This document shows positions 24,354 through 35,414 of a stretch of 58,039 nucleotides of DNA, piece after piece. The notes beneath the pieces are model-generated. The model was not told where the DNA came from. It worked only from the letters and a program-made list of their open reading frames with translations, and searched no databases. Made by a program: the position numbers and the translations under genes. Within the stretch, counting starts at the first letter, position 1. Each line of letters begins with the position of its first letter. This DNA is from Chiloscyllium plagiosum (lineage: Eukaryota), in NCBI RefSeq assembly GCF_004010195.1, contig NC_057750.1:17137009-17195047 (forward strand), given 5' to 3'.

Positions 24354-25139
24354 CACCACAAAATGGGGTGCCATTTACCCCTTATCTGCCATGTCCCAGC
24401 AAATGTCACAAATCATGCAAGGCAGATCTGGACGGTCAGCATTTGACCAGATGCCCAATGGTCTTTTAAATAGGGCACCAGCACCAGGAATCTTGGAATA
24501 TCCCAACAGTGGCAAATACTTCCACTTGCAGTGAGTGGGAGAATCGGGCTAGAGTCATATGAGCGAGGCAGTAAAAGGACATAGTATCCAGGTGCTGGAA
24601 AACTCATTAGGCCCCGTAGTGACAACCTCTCAATGAAACTTGACGAAAATGAGACGTAGTCAATTTCTAGTAAGATTCAGCCCATTGACTCTGCGTCTGT
24701 CTATACAAATGCTTCCAAGACCTGCTAAGATTCTCCAGTACTTTCTTTTCCCGCAATTTCATATTTCTATAGTTTACTTATTCATTAACCTGAAATGTTC
24801 TCCTTCTCTGTCCACGGATGCTACCTGACCTACTGAGTGTTTCCAGTATTGTTTCTTCTTCTTTCAGAGTTGTGGAATCTACAACACTTTTACATTTATT
24901 TTACATTGCTGTATCACATACTTGTGAACTAAGACAAATAATACTTGGCAGAAACTTTACCAATATCTCTCTCGTATAGGTTTATGAACAGTAACTAAGG
25001 GAAGTGGTTAAGGAAAACCCCTGATCTCAATAACTTGCTTTAGGAGGCCTCCCCTGCTGTGAGCATGGTTCTGTTTTTAGGTGTTCTTGCAAATTAAGTG
25101 AGAGTTACTGATTCATTCATTTAAAGAAACCAAACTCAT

Positions 25140-25800
25140 ATTTGGATTTAGCAAAAGACTTGGATCAGGTAAAAAGCTGTGCCACGGGAAATATACCCAG
25201 CGTGGTAGAATCCCAGTCACTGGGGATCTCAGATCACCTGGGAGGTAATTGAATGGAAACATTTGCTGTTGAAGAATTCCACAGCACTCTGATACAACCC
25301 CTTGGTGTCCTGCACCTGAGGGAAACCAGCTGTGTTTCTGGATTCTGGATAGAACTCAATTCTCCTTGTCCTCCACACTGCCTGGGCAGCAGCACTGACT
25401 TTACCATTAGGAAACAAACTGAACCAGTGTGATTTTGTCGCTTTGCCATCAACGTTCTGATACATTTGTGTGTGCCTGATTGAAAGATCCCAGATAGGTC
25501 ACCCATGGCTTTGTGGAAGGAGCCAGTGGCATAGAAACTAGGCATCATAGAGCCTTTTACAGTCACCTAAAGAGGATGGCTTCCCATTTCTGTAGGCTGC
25601 AAATGCTGCTCCAGCATCCAGCACAGTTCTGTTAATGTGTCCAGGAACTTGGAGCCTGTGTCAACACTGTGCCTCACTAATGATCAGGAAATGGAGTTGG
25701 AGCTGTAAAACTCTGGGCCTCCTGAGCATCCCATACATCCTGAGGAGTCTGTTGTAGTGACCTCTGCTTGACCTGGATGCACTTTGTCCTCCACACCGGC
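25140..25800 (-). pseudogene. PIF/Harbinger (HARBI1-like) transposase remnant
   Basis: FYATGSFHKAMGDLSGIFQSGTHKCIR, AGFPQVQ and FFNSKCFHSI correspond to conserved Harbinger transposase blocks. Frameshifted. Confidence 0.8.
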
Positions 25801-26222
25801 CTGCTGCTACTGGGCATTGGCCTTGGTCCTCCTGAATCGGTCTTAGTTAAGCAGCCACAACAGCCAACATCTCACCAGTGACAGAGCCCAGGACCTTTGG
25901 TGGAAATGACCTAAAATGGGAAGAGAAAGGTTTCTTAGATGTCGGCACAGTCATTGGTGGTGTACCCTGCAGATGAGGACTGAGCAGCTTCAGTAAGGTA
26001 TACTGCATCCAGAAAATGGACATATCTCCATCATCCATCCATATTCAGACTCAGCATGTGCAGCAGTTTGGTCAAGGTGCCATTCTGGCTGACTGACCAC
26101 CCAATGTCATCGAGAAGGGAATGTCTGCAGCACTCTAACCTCTTTCCAATATCATGTTCAACTTCTCACTGGATTCAGTGCAGACTATTGTTACACTTAA
26201 ATGATTGAAACAGTGCGTAATG

Positions 26223-26455
26223 TGAATTAACTCTACAGAGGCTGGTAGCCCGTCACCAAGTCATCCTTTATTTACACATGCATAGTACTTGACACTGGTC
26301 TGACTTCCTCAGAACCCAGTCTCAGAGCGAGCAGAACCTCTGACGCTCCTGTTTATATCTGTCAACCAGAGCTCCCTGATTGGGCCAGGTTAACAGCCCC
26401 ATCGTGGAACTCATATCGTGATATCCACCTGGCTGACCTTGTTATAATCACTACA
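26223..26455 (-). mobile_element. Solo LTR of the same Gypsy family as 12946-16514
   Basis: The reverse complement aligns with the Gypsy LTR end to end. TSD TAATG/CAATG with 1 mismatch. Confidence 0.88.
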
Positions 26456-26589
26456 CAATGGGCCTCATGGTCAGCAGGCTGCCTGACACCTTAAATCCCA
26501 CTGTATGATAAGGCACAGTTCAGGGTAGATGGGAAAATGGTGTGTAGCCACCATCCTATTATACAGGTCAGCTGAAGGCCATATAATTC

Positions 26590-27070
26590 TCTCGTATTCT
26601 AGTGTCTAAACATGCCGTCCTCACTAACATCAAATATATTTCAATCATTATCCTTGTAATCACTAAAGTACCTTGATTCCAACAATGGCTTGATTTTAAA
26701 ACTCTCACTGTTGTTTTGAGTTTCCTTCCATGGTCTTGTCCCTTCCTACCTTTCTACAAATGATGTTATGTAAATGGCCCAGAAACCCTCCAAGATCTCT
26801 GTTGTCATCTTAGTCTGGTCTCTTGCACACAAGTAATTCTCAACTCTCCACTACCAGCAGCCATGCCTTTAGCTATTTTGGCCCTCAATTCTGGATTTTC
26901 CTTCTTAATCCTCTATCATTGTCTCTTCCTTTAAGACCTACCTCTTTAAACAAGTTTTAGTTTGGACCAAGTTTTGATTGTCTAACCTAATACATTCTTA
27001 AATGGCTCAATATCAAAGTTTGCCGGGTAACCAACCTTCCTCTGAAATGCCTGTGAAATCTTGAAGGAAC
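26590..27070 (+). mobile_element. L2-type LINE 3' remnant
   Basis: ccaacaatggcttgattttaaaactctcac...gccatgcctttagctattttggccc...ctttaagacc resembles an L2 3' end. Confidence 0.55.
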
Positions 27071-27963
27071 TCCATTGTTGTTGCTGCTCTTCAGAAAAAT
27101 AATATTCTTGGTTCAACTTTATTTTAAGGAAGCAGAGGAAATTGCCTTCGGCTGCAGAAATGTTAGAATTCCTGGTGGACATCACTTACTAAAGTTGCTG
27201 TTTATTTACTAAGGTCAGGGCAAAAGGGAAAGACAAGAAGACCCCCCACTTGCACCCTACCCCATCAGCATTTTTGAAAGTGGGAAGAGCAGGACTGGAT
27301 CTCCAAGGCCCAGAATATTGTACGATCTGTCATTGATCAGTTTGAAATGTCTGTTAATATCACACTGAACTCACTTTAAAATGACACATGCATTTAAGCA
27401 TTTTAAACTGTATCAGTAACAAATATTTACACAGCTGGCGTGAATACGAAATAGACTGATCTTTTCACACTCCAGTGAGATCACATGCTACCTGATAATC
27501 ACATAGTTCCTACTAATAGTGTTGTAAAGGATAGCTCTAGACTCTGTCATTATGCCTACCATCTGCTGTATGTTTTTCAGAGAGTCTTTGAAGTACCTTC
27601 ATACAGTTCTGTTATTCTGCATGCATTCATCTTTTCATTGGTAGAAGCTGAGAACATCTTCAGAACAAACAGCAGCCAAGGTCTGAGATCCCATAAGTTT
27701 CCATTCTGGTGTGTCTTGTTCCACCTCCAATAACTTGCTCTTTGGTTTCCTTGCTGATTGTGAATCATCATAAATCAACTCCTTATCAACTTTTATCTGA
27801 GTTAGCTGTAATTGTGAGCCTATTCTCTTCAAATATTTCTTGGTGTCAGATGACGCTAGCAACAGTTGTTATTGTGAAAGAAATGTTTTGTAAATTTTAA
27901 TAATTTTGGTTATAATTTTGAATATGCCTCTTTTATGCATTCTCAACCTCTATTCTTAAGCCG

Positions 27964-29160
27964 TAGAGTCATAGAGATGTACAGCATGGAAACAGACCCT
28001 TCAGTCCAACCAGTCCATGCCAACCAGATATCCCAACTCAATCTAGTCCCATCTGCCATTACCCGGACTATGTTCCTCCAAACCCTTCCTATTTATATAC
28101 CCATCCAAATGCCTCTTAAATGTTGCAATTGTACCAGTCTCCACCACATCCTCTGGCAGCTCATTCCATACACGTACCACCCTCTGTGTAAAAAAGTTGC
28201 CCNNNNNNNNNNNNNNNNNNNNNNNNNNNNNNNNNNNNNNNNNNNNNNNNNNNNNNNNNNNNNNNNNNNNNNNNNNNNNNNNNNNNNNNNNNNNNNNNNN
28301 NNNNNNNNNNNNNNNNNNNNNNNNNNNNNNNNNNNNNNNNNNNNNNNNNNNNNNNNNNNNNNNNNNNNNNNNNNNNNNNNNNNNNNNNNNNNNNNNNNNN
28401 NNNNNNNNNNNNNNNNNNNNNNNNNNNNNNNNNNNNNNNNNNNNNNNNNNNNNNNNNNNNNNNNNNNNNNNNNNNNNNNNNNNNNNNNNNNNNNNNNNNN
28501 NNNNNNNNNNNNNNNNNNNNNNNNNNNNNNNNNNNNNNNNNNNNNNNNNNNNNNNNNNNNNNNNNNNNNNNNNNNNNNNNNNNNNNNNNNNNNNNNNNNN
28601 NNNNNNNNNNNNNNNNNNNNNNNNNNNNNNNNNNNNNNNNNNNNNNNNNNNNNNNNNNNNNNNNNNNNNNNNNNNNNNNNNNNNNNNNNNNNNNNNNNNN
28701 NNNNNNNNNNNNNNNNNNNNNNNNNNNNNNNNNNNNNNNNNNNNNNNNNNNNNNNNNNNNNNNNNNNNNNNNNNNNNNNNNNNNNNNNNNNNNNNNNNNN
28801 NNNNNNNNNNNNNNNNNNNNNNNNNNNNNNNNNNNNNNNNNNNNNNNNNNNNNNNNNNNNNNNNNNNNNNNNNNNNNNNNNNNNNNNNNNNNNNNNNNNN
28901 NNNNNNNNNNNNNNNNNNNNNNNNNNNNNNNNNNNNNNNNNNNNNNNNNNNNNNNNNNNNNNNNNNNNNNNNNNNTTTAATAATCTTATAACTCTCAATC
29001 ATATCCCCTCTCAGTCTCCTAAACTCAAGGGTATACAAGCCCAATTGCTTCAGTCTTTCAGTGTAAGGTAATCCCACCATTCCAGGAATTGACCTCGTGA
29101 ACCTACGCTGCACTCCCTCAATAGCCAGAATGTCTTTCCTCAAATTTGGAGACCAGAACT
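27964..29160 (-). mobile_element. CR1 LINE 3' fragments spanning an assembly gap
   Basis: RKDILAIEGVQRRFTRSIPGM...RRLRGDMIESYKII and GNFFTQRVVRVWNELP. Confidence 0.85.
28203..28975. other. Assembly gap
   Basis: Run of N. Confidence 1.
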
Positions 29161-29267
29161 CACATAAGCATTCATGTTGACATAGTAGTTGCAGTTATGA
29201 AAATGTCAAGGAAAATCTGTATTGCCTCCTTAAACTGCTACAGAACTACATTTTATCTGTTGATCTC

Positions 29268-29607
29268 CATAGAATCCCTACAGAGTGGAAACAGACCTTT
29301 AGACCCAACAAGTCTACACCTACCCTCTGAAGAGCATCTCAGCCGGACTCACCGCCACCCCCCCACCCCCCACCTCCACCATCTTTTTCCTGTAACCCTG
29401 CATTTCTCATGGCTAATCCACCTAAATTACACGTCCCTGGACACTGTGGGCAATCTAGCATGGCCAATCCACCTAACCTGCACATCTTTGGACTGTAGGA
29501 GGAAACCAGAGCACCGAGAGGAAACCCCACACAGACACAGGAAAATGTGCAAGCTACACAGACAGTCGCCCCAGGCTGGAAATGAACGTGGGTCCCTGGA
29601 ACTGTGA
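29268..29607 (-). mobile_element. HE1-like SINE
   Basis: Reverse complement of the V-domain (gcatggccaatccacctaacctgcacatctttggactgt). Confidence 0.85.
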
Positions 29608-30287
29608 GTTAGCTGTAACCAACGATGTAATTTTGCAGACGTTGCAAAACATCCTGCCATTAGGAGTAGCTTGCATAGGCACTGCAATCATTCCCCATTA
29701 ACTATTGCTATTGTTGAAAATCTTTTGATTTGGAAATCTCAGTATGTTGTTGTGCTCCATGACCAAAAATCAAGGAGCATTTAACAACCTGCTCCTGGGG
29801 ATTCTGTGGAAATGTTGACATGTTCTCAGGTACGCTGTAGGAATATTGACAAAATCGCAGGGACACAGTGCAAACTCTGACATGTTCTCAGGGACAGAGG
29901 AAACACTGACATATTCCCGGAGAGTACTTGTCCCAGCCTCTGGTAGACACTCAGAAAATCCAAAACACAATAGTGCCAGCATTAGAGATGTCCTGACATG
30001 GCATTGAGTGTATAAATATAAGATAAATACAGAATCAAGGAAATATAAGACACAGCCTTTGATGTACAGAAAAATCTGAAGCCTTGACGGACATCTTGGG
30101 AGTCCATTTAAAAATCAATTCTCAGCAGCACATGCAAACACCAGGACTGTATATTCAAGTGGACACTGAGAAGGCAGGAAACTCAAGCACAGCAACACAG
30201 AAGGTTTTGACCTGTGATCAGAACAAAGTTTGTCTAAAATATAAATATCTATAAACTGCATGGAGACTTTTTTATTTTTTCACTTAC

Positions 30288-30414
30288 ATCAGTTTATGCA
30301 TGCGACGGGAGCACTGAGGGTTCATAATTTTTCCACAGAGTTTTTTCGAAATGAGTTAGCACTTCTTTCAGTTTCGAGAGAACATCTTTCACCCTGACTG
30401 AACATGACACTTGC
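30288..30414 (-). other. Candidate exon of an unidentified host transcript
   Basis: Pyrimidine-rich acceptor (ttcttcctttgtgtcgtgacctttcAG) and a GTAAGT donor. One open frame reads QVSCSVRVKDVLSKLKEVLTHFEKTLWKNYEPSVLPSHA*. Confidence 0.35.
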
Positions 30415-30579
30415 CTGAAAGGTCACGACACAAAGGAAGAAATGATCGCTACAAAGAACCTTTTACAATAAAATGTGTTTTATATCTCCTTCTTGCCTCG
30501 TCACAATAGTAATACTATTGTATTTATATCGTGCCATTAACTGAGTAAACCATCTCAAGGCAATGTACTAAACCATTTG

Positions 30580-31003
30580 AAGCTGAACCACCCCGTGGCT
30601 CAACACTTCAACTCCCCCTCCCACTCCACCAAGGACATGCAGGTCCTTGGACTCCTCCATCGCCAGACCATAACAACACAACAGCTGGAGGAAGAGCGCC
30701 TCATCTTCCGCCTAGGAACCCTCCAACCACATGGGATGAACTCAGATTTCCCCAGTTTTCTCATTTCCTCTCCCCCCACCTTGTCTCAGTCGCAACCCTC
30801 GAATTCAGCACCACCTTCCTAACCTGCAATCTTCTTCCTGACCTCTCCGCCCACACCCCCACTCCGGCCTATCACCCTCACCTTAACCTCCTTCCACCTA
30901 TCGCATTTCCAAAGCTCCTCCCCCAAGTCCCACCTCCCTACCTTTTATCTTAGCCTGCTTGGCACACTTTCCTCATTCCTGAGGAAGGGCTCATGCCCGA
31001 AAC
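30580..31003 (+). mobile_element. Penelope-like element 3' end
   Basis: PVAQHFNSPSH...LEEERLIFRLGTLQPHGMN (GIY-YIG C-terminus). The pLTR has a hammerhead-like ctgaggaagggctcatgcccgaaac, cut by the gap. Confidence 0.85.
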
Positions 31004-31403
31004 NNNNNNNNNNNNNNNNNNNNNNNNNNNNNNNNNNNNNNNNNNNNNNNNNNNNNNNNNNNNNNNNNNNNNNNNNNNNNNNNNNNNNNNNNNNNNNNNN
31101 NNNNNNNNNNNNNNNNNNNNNNNNNNNNNNNNNNNNNNNNNNNNNNNNNNNNNNNNNNNNNNNNNNNNNNNNNNNNNNNNNNNNNNNNNNNNNNNNNNNN
31201 NNNNNNNNNNNNNNNNNNNNNNNNNNNNNNNNNNNNNNNNNNNNNNNNNNNNNNNNNNNNNNNNNNNNNNNNNNNNNNNNNNNNNNNNNNNNNNNNNNNN
31301 NNNNNNNNNNNNNNNNNNNNNNNNNNNNNNNNNNNNNNNNNNNNNNNNNNNNNNNNNNNNNNNNNNNNNNNNNNNNNNNNNNNNNNNNNNNNNNNNNNNN
31401 NNN
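31004..31403. other. Assembly gap
   Basis: Run of N. Confidence 1.
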
Positions 31404-32170
31404 TCCCGAATCTGCAGCCTGTCTGTCCATTCCAATTCCGAATCTGCAATTTGTCTGTCCATTCCAGTCCCGAACCTGCAACCTGTCTGTCCATTCCAAT
31501 CCCGAATCTGCAGCCTGTCTGGCCATTCCAGTCCCGAATCTGCAACCTGTCTGTCCATTCCAATCCCGAATCTGCAGCCTGTCTGGCCATTCCAGTCCCG
31601 AATCTGCAGCCTGTCTGTCCATTCCAATTCCGAATCTGCAATTTGTCTGTCCATTCCAGTCCCGAATCTGCAACCTGTCTGTCCATTCCAGTCCTGAATC
31701 TGCAGCCTGTCTGTCCATTCCAATCCCGAATCTGCAACTTGTCTGTCCATTCCAGTCCTGAATCTACAGCCTGTCTGTCCATTCCAATCCCGAATCTGCA
31801 ACCTGTCTGTTCATTCCAATCCCGAATCTGCAACCTGTCTGTTCATTCCAATCCCGAATCTGCAACCTGTCTGTTCATTCCAATCCCGAATCTGCAACCT
31901 GTCTGTTCATTCCAGTCCCGAATCTGCAGCCTGTCTGTCCATTCCAATCCCGCATCTGCAGCCTGTCTGTCCATTCCAGTCCCGAATCTGCAACCTGTCT
32001 GTTCATTCCAATCCTGAATCTGCAACCTGTCTGTTCATTCCAGTCCCGAATCTGCAGCCTGTCTGTCCATTCCAATCCCGCATCCACAGCCTGTCTGTCC
32101 ATTCCAGTCCCAAATCTGCAGCCTGATTGTCCATTCCAATCCCAAACCTGCAGCCTGACTGTTCGAACCA
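31404..32170. repeat. 32-bp minisatellite, ~24 visible copies
   Basis: Unit tcccgaatctgcagcctgtctgtccattcca(a/g), period 32 (31760, 31792, 31824). It runs into the gap. Confidence 0.95.
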
Positions 32171-32589
32171 TTCCGAAAAGTGCATGTCATTCGTAGTTCT
32201 CTTGGTGACCGCCTTGAAATAGCAATGGGTACTGATCAGGATCCTTCACAATATCCTGTAGATCTGTGCAATAATCCAGAGATATGGAGGTTTAGCACCA
32301 CACTTAGCTTTAGTGCCGCAGATATGGAGTGACCATCACTTCCCATCAAGGTCAACTCATTATGGCACGTGGCTCTGCCACTGCCTCCCTCAAAAGGTGA
32401 AATCTTCTGTGACCCTGCTGTGCTGACATTTGAAGATAGCAATGCCAAGACCTCCCCTTCACTGAGGACAAACAGCCAATTGTCTGCAAAAGTCTTACCT
32501 ACATTCCGCTCCACTCCATGTCAGTGGATTCCGTACGTGCCGCAATATTGAACTCTTTTTCTGTCGCCTCTGGGCCTATGTATTTGATT

Positions 32590-35300
32590 GTGACTCCCAC
32601 CGAACCTCCAAGGACCCTTTCTCTCACCTCCAACCTACTCCATCCTCCTGGACACTCCATGCTGGCCTCTGACCCTACCTCGGTCTCTTCATCTCATTGC
32701 AACATTAACCACTTCAATCTCCACCTCTCTGACCTACTCCAACCTCTCACCTTCGCAACACGCAGCTCTCCACTCCCTTTGCTCCAAATCCAACCTCACC
32801 ATCAAACCAGCGGACAAGAAGGGTGCAGTGATAGTATGGCGCACCGATCTCTACACTGCTGAGGCCAGACGCCAATTTGCCAACACCTCCACCCACTGCC
32901 TCCTTGGCCATGACCCCACCTTCCATCATCTCCAAGACCATCCACAATCTCATCACCTCAGGTGATCCCTTGCCCTCAGTCTCCAATCTCATAGTCCCCC
33001 AAGCCTGCACTGCCCGGTTCTACCTCTTGCCAAAAATTCACAAACCTGACTGCTCAGGTTGACCAATTATCTCTGCTTGCTCCTGCCCCACTGAACTTAT
33101 CTCTGTTTATCTCGACTCTGTCCTGTCCCCTTGGTCCAGGAGCTCCCTACATATGTCCGAGACCCCACCCATGGTCTCACCTCCTCCATGACTTCTGATT
33201 CTCTGACTCCCAATACCTCATCTTTACCATGGCTATCCAGTCTCTCTATGCCTGTATCCCCCAAAAGGAAGGCCTAAACTCCTTCTGTTTCTTCCTCTTC
33301 CACCGACCCACCTCGTGCCCCTCCACTGACACCTTCATTTGATTGGCAGACTGGTACTCACCCTCAATAACTTCTCCTTTTAATCCTCCCACTTTCTACA
33401 AATCAGAGGGGTGGCTATGGGTATCCACATGGGTCCCAGCTATGTCTGTCTCTTCGTAGGATCCGTGGAACAGTCCCTCTCCCACAGCTACACTGGCACC
33501 ATCCCCCATCTTTTCCTCCGCTACATCGTTGACTGTATTGGTCCTGTCTCGTGCTCACACGTGGAGCTTGAATAGATCATTCATCACACCAACATCTTCC
33601 ATCCAAACCCCAAATTCACCTGGTCCATCTCCAAACCTCCATTCCCTTCCTGGACCTCTATGTCTTCATCTCCAGTGACTGACTACACACCGACATCTAC
33701 TACGAACCCACCTACTTCCATCACTACCTTGATTACACCTCCTCCTACACACGCTCTTGTAAAAACGTGATCCCCTATTCCCAATTCCTCCACCTCCCCC
33801 TTTATCTGCTGTCAGGATGAGCAATTCTATTTCAGGTGTCGAAGAAATTCTCTGGACTCAGACCTTGAGCATTGACAAATTTTATTGCATGATATCGTGG
33901 GAAGCACACCTTTCCATGGTCTGGTGCTAATCCAAAGCACTCCTGATCGCTGTGGATTTATATAGTACAACGGATGCGAAGCTGACAGCTTCTCAGGATG
34001 TACATAACAAGCTAATGTTTTCAGACCTTGAGTCAGTACATACTCCAGATAGTACGTTCGCCCATTGTTTACGTCTATCTGGGTTGAGTCCTGAGAAACT
34101 GTCAGCTTGGCATCAGTTATACTATATAAATACGCAGCGATCGAGAGTGCTTTGGATTAGGAAAGGTGTGCTCCCCATAATATCATGCAATAAAATTTGT
34201 CAATGCTCAAGGGCTGAGTCTGGAAAATTCCTTCGATACCAGGACATCCCAGGTGTCCACCTGCTTCAAGGACCGCAATTTTCCCTCCCCAGTGGTCAAT
34301 GGTGCCCTCAATCACATCTCCTCTATTTCCCACACTTCTGCCCTCAAACCCCCCCCCCCCCCCCCCCCCAGCCCATCAGTGATAGAATCCCCCCGATCCT
34401 CACATTTCACCCCTCCAAACTCAAAATCCAGCACATCATCCTCCGCCACTTTCACCATCTACAATCAGACCCTACCACCAAATATATATTTCCCTCCCCA
34501 CCTTATTTGCATTCCATAGGGTCCATTACCTCCGTGACTCCCTTGCTAGGTCCACACTCCCCATTAATCTCCTCTCCACTGCTGGCACCTTCCCCTGTCA
34601 TCGTTGACTGTATTGTGACTGTAGACGTGCAAAACCTACGCCCACACTTGCCCCCCTCACCACCAACCTAGGAACAAGGATCATTTCAAATTGGGTAGAG
34701 ATTTACTTATTCTTCCTCCAACCTCATCTATTGTATCTGGTGCTCTCGATGTGGTCTCCTCTACATTGGACACACCATGTGCAAAATTATGGAATGGTTC
34801 AGGGAATGTCTCTGGTCTGTACGCACCAACCAACCCCCACCTTCCCTGTCCATCCACTTCAATTCTCCCTCCCATTCCATTAAGAACATATCCATTCTGG
34901 GCCTCCTCCACCGCCTACACAAGGCCATCTGCACACTGGAGGAGGAACACCTCATCTTCTGCCTCGGGAGCCTACAACCACACAGCATGAACATTGAATT
35001 CTCCAGTTTCCAAATCTCCCCTCTCCCCCACCCCATCCCAGATCCAACCCTCTGACTCTTTACCTGACCTACCTGTCCATCTTGTTTCCCACCTATCCGC
35101 TCCACCCTTCCCACCTATCACTATCAGCTCCTACCTTCGCCTACCTTTGCCTACCTTTCCCCTCGCCCCTACCCACTTCTCCCCATTTATCTCTCAACCC
35201 CCTTCCCCCTCCCCAGATCTGAAGAAGGCTCCTACCTGAAACATTGACTCTCTTGATCCTTGGATGCAGCCTGACCTGCTATGCCTTTTCTAGCGCCATG
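32590..35300 (+). mobile_element. Penelope-like element (RT + GIY-YIG endonuclease), decayed, near full length
   Basis: TARFYLLPKIHKPDC, GVAMGIHMGPSY and FLRYIVDCIG (RT). IYCIWCSRCGLLYIG and LEEEHLIFCLGSLQP (GIY-YIG). A pLTR lies at the 3' end. Confidence 0.9.
33837..34238. mobile_element. 402-bp fold-back element with ~150-bp inverted arms
   Basis: 33837-33998 is the reverse complement of 34089-34238, with a 12-bp indel and scattered substitutions. A 5-bp TSD TCAGG/CCAGG interrupts the Penelope ORF. Confidence 0.85.
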
Positions 35301-35414
35301 CTTTATCAACCCTGTCCCTGTTTGCTGGTTAGTAACTTCTCTGCAGGAGACTGATTGCGTGCCTGTACTTCATCCAAGTATGGCCCAGTTTCTGCACTGC
35401 TGTCCATTGATTCA

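Noticed and set aside
25234..25566. Domesticated HARBI1 gene
   Set aside because: Frameshifted and missing catalytic segments; an ordinary dead transposase copy.
26982..27185. Minus-strand ORF (FSEEQQQQWSSFK...) as a candidate exon
   Set aside because: Its lower part overlaps the antisense of an L2-type 3' tail, and the splice signals are weak.
27935..29143. Long ORFs of 264-378 aa
   Set aside because: Artefacts of reading through the N gap; the flanks are CR1 fragments.
30945..32171. Long repeat-protein ORFs
   Set aside because: Translations of the 32-bp minisatellite plus the N gap; no evidence of a gene.
33952..34671. 239-aa ORF
   Set aside because: Chimeric read-through from the fold-back insert into frameshifted Penelope sequence.
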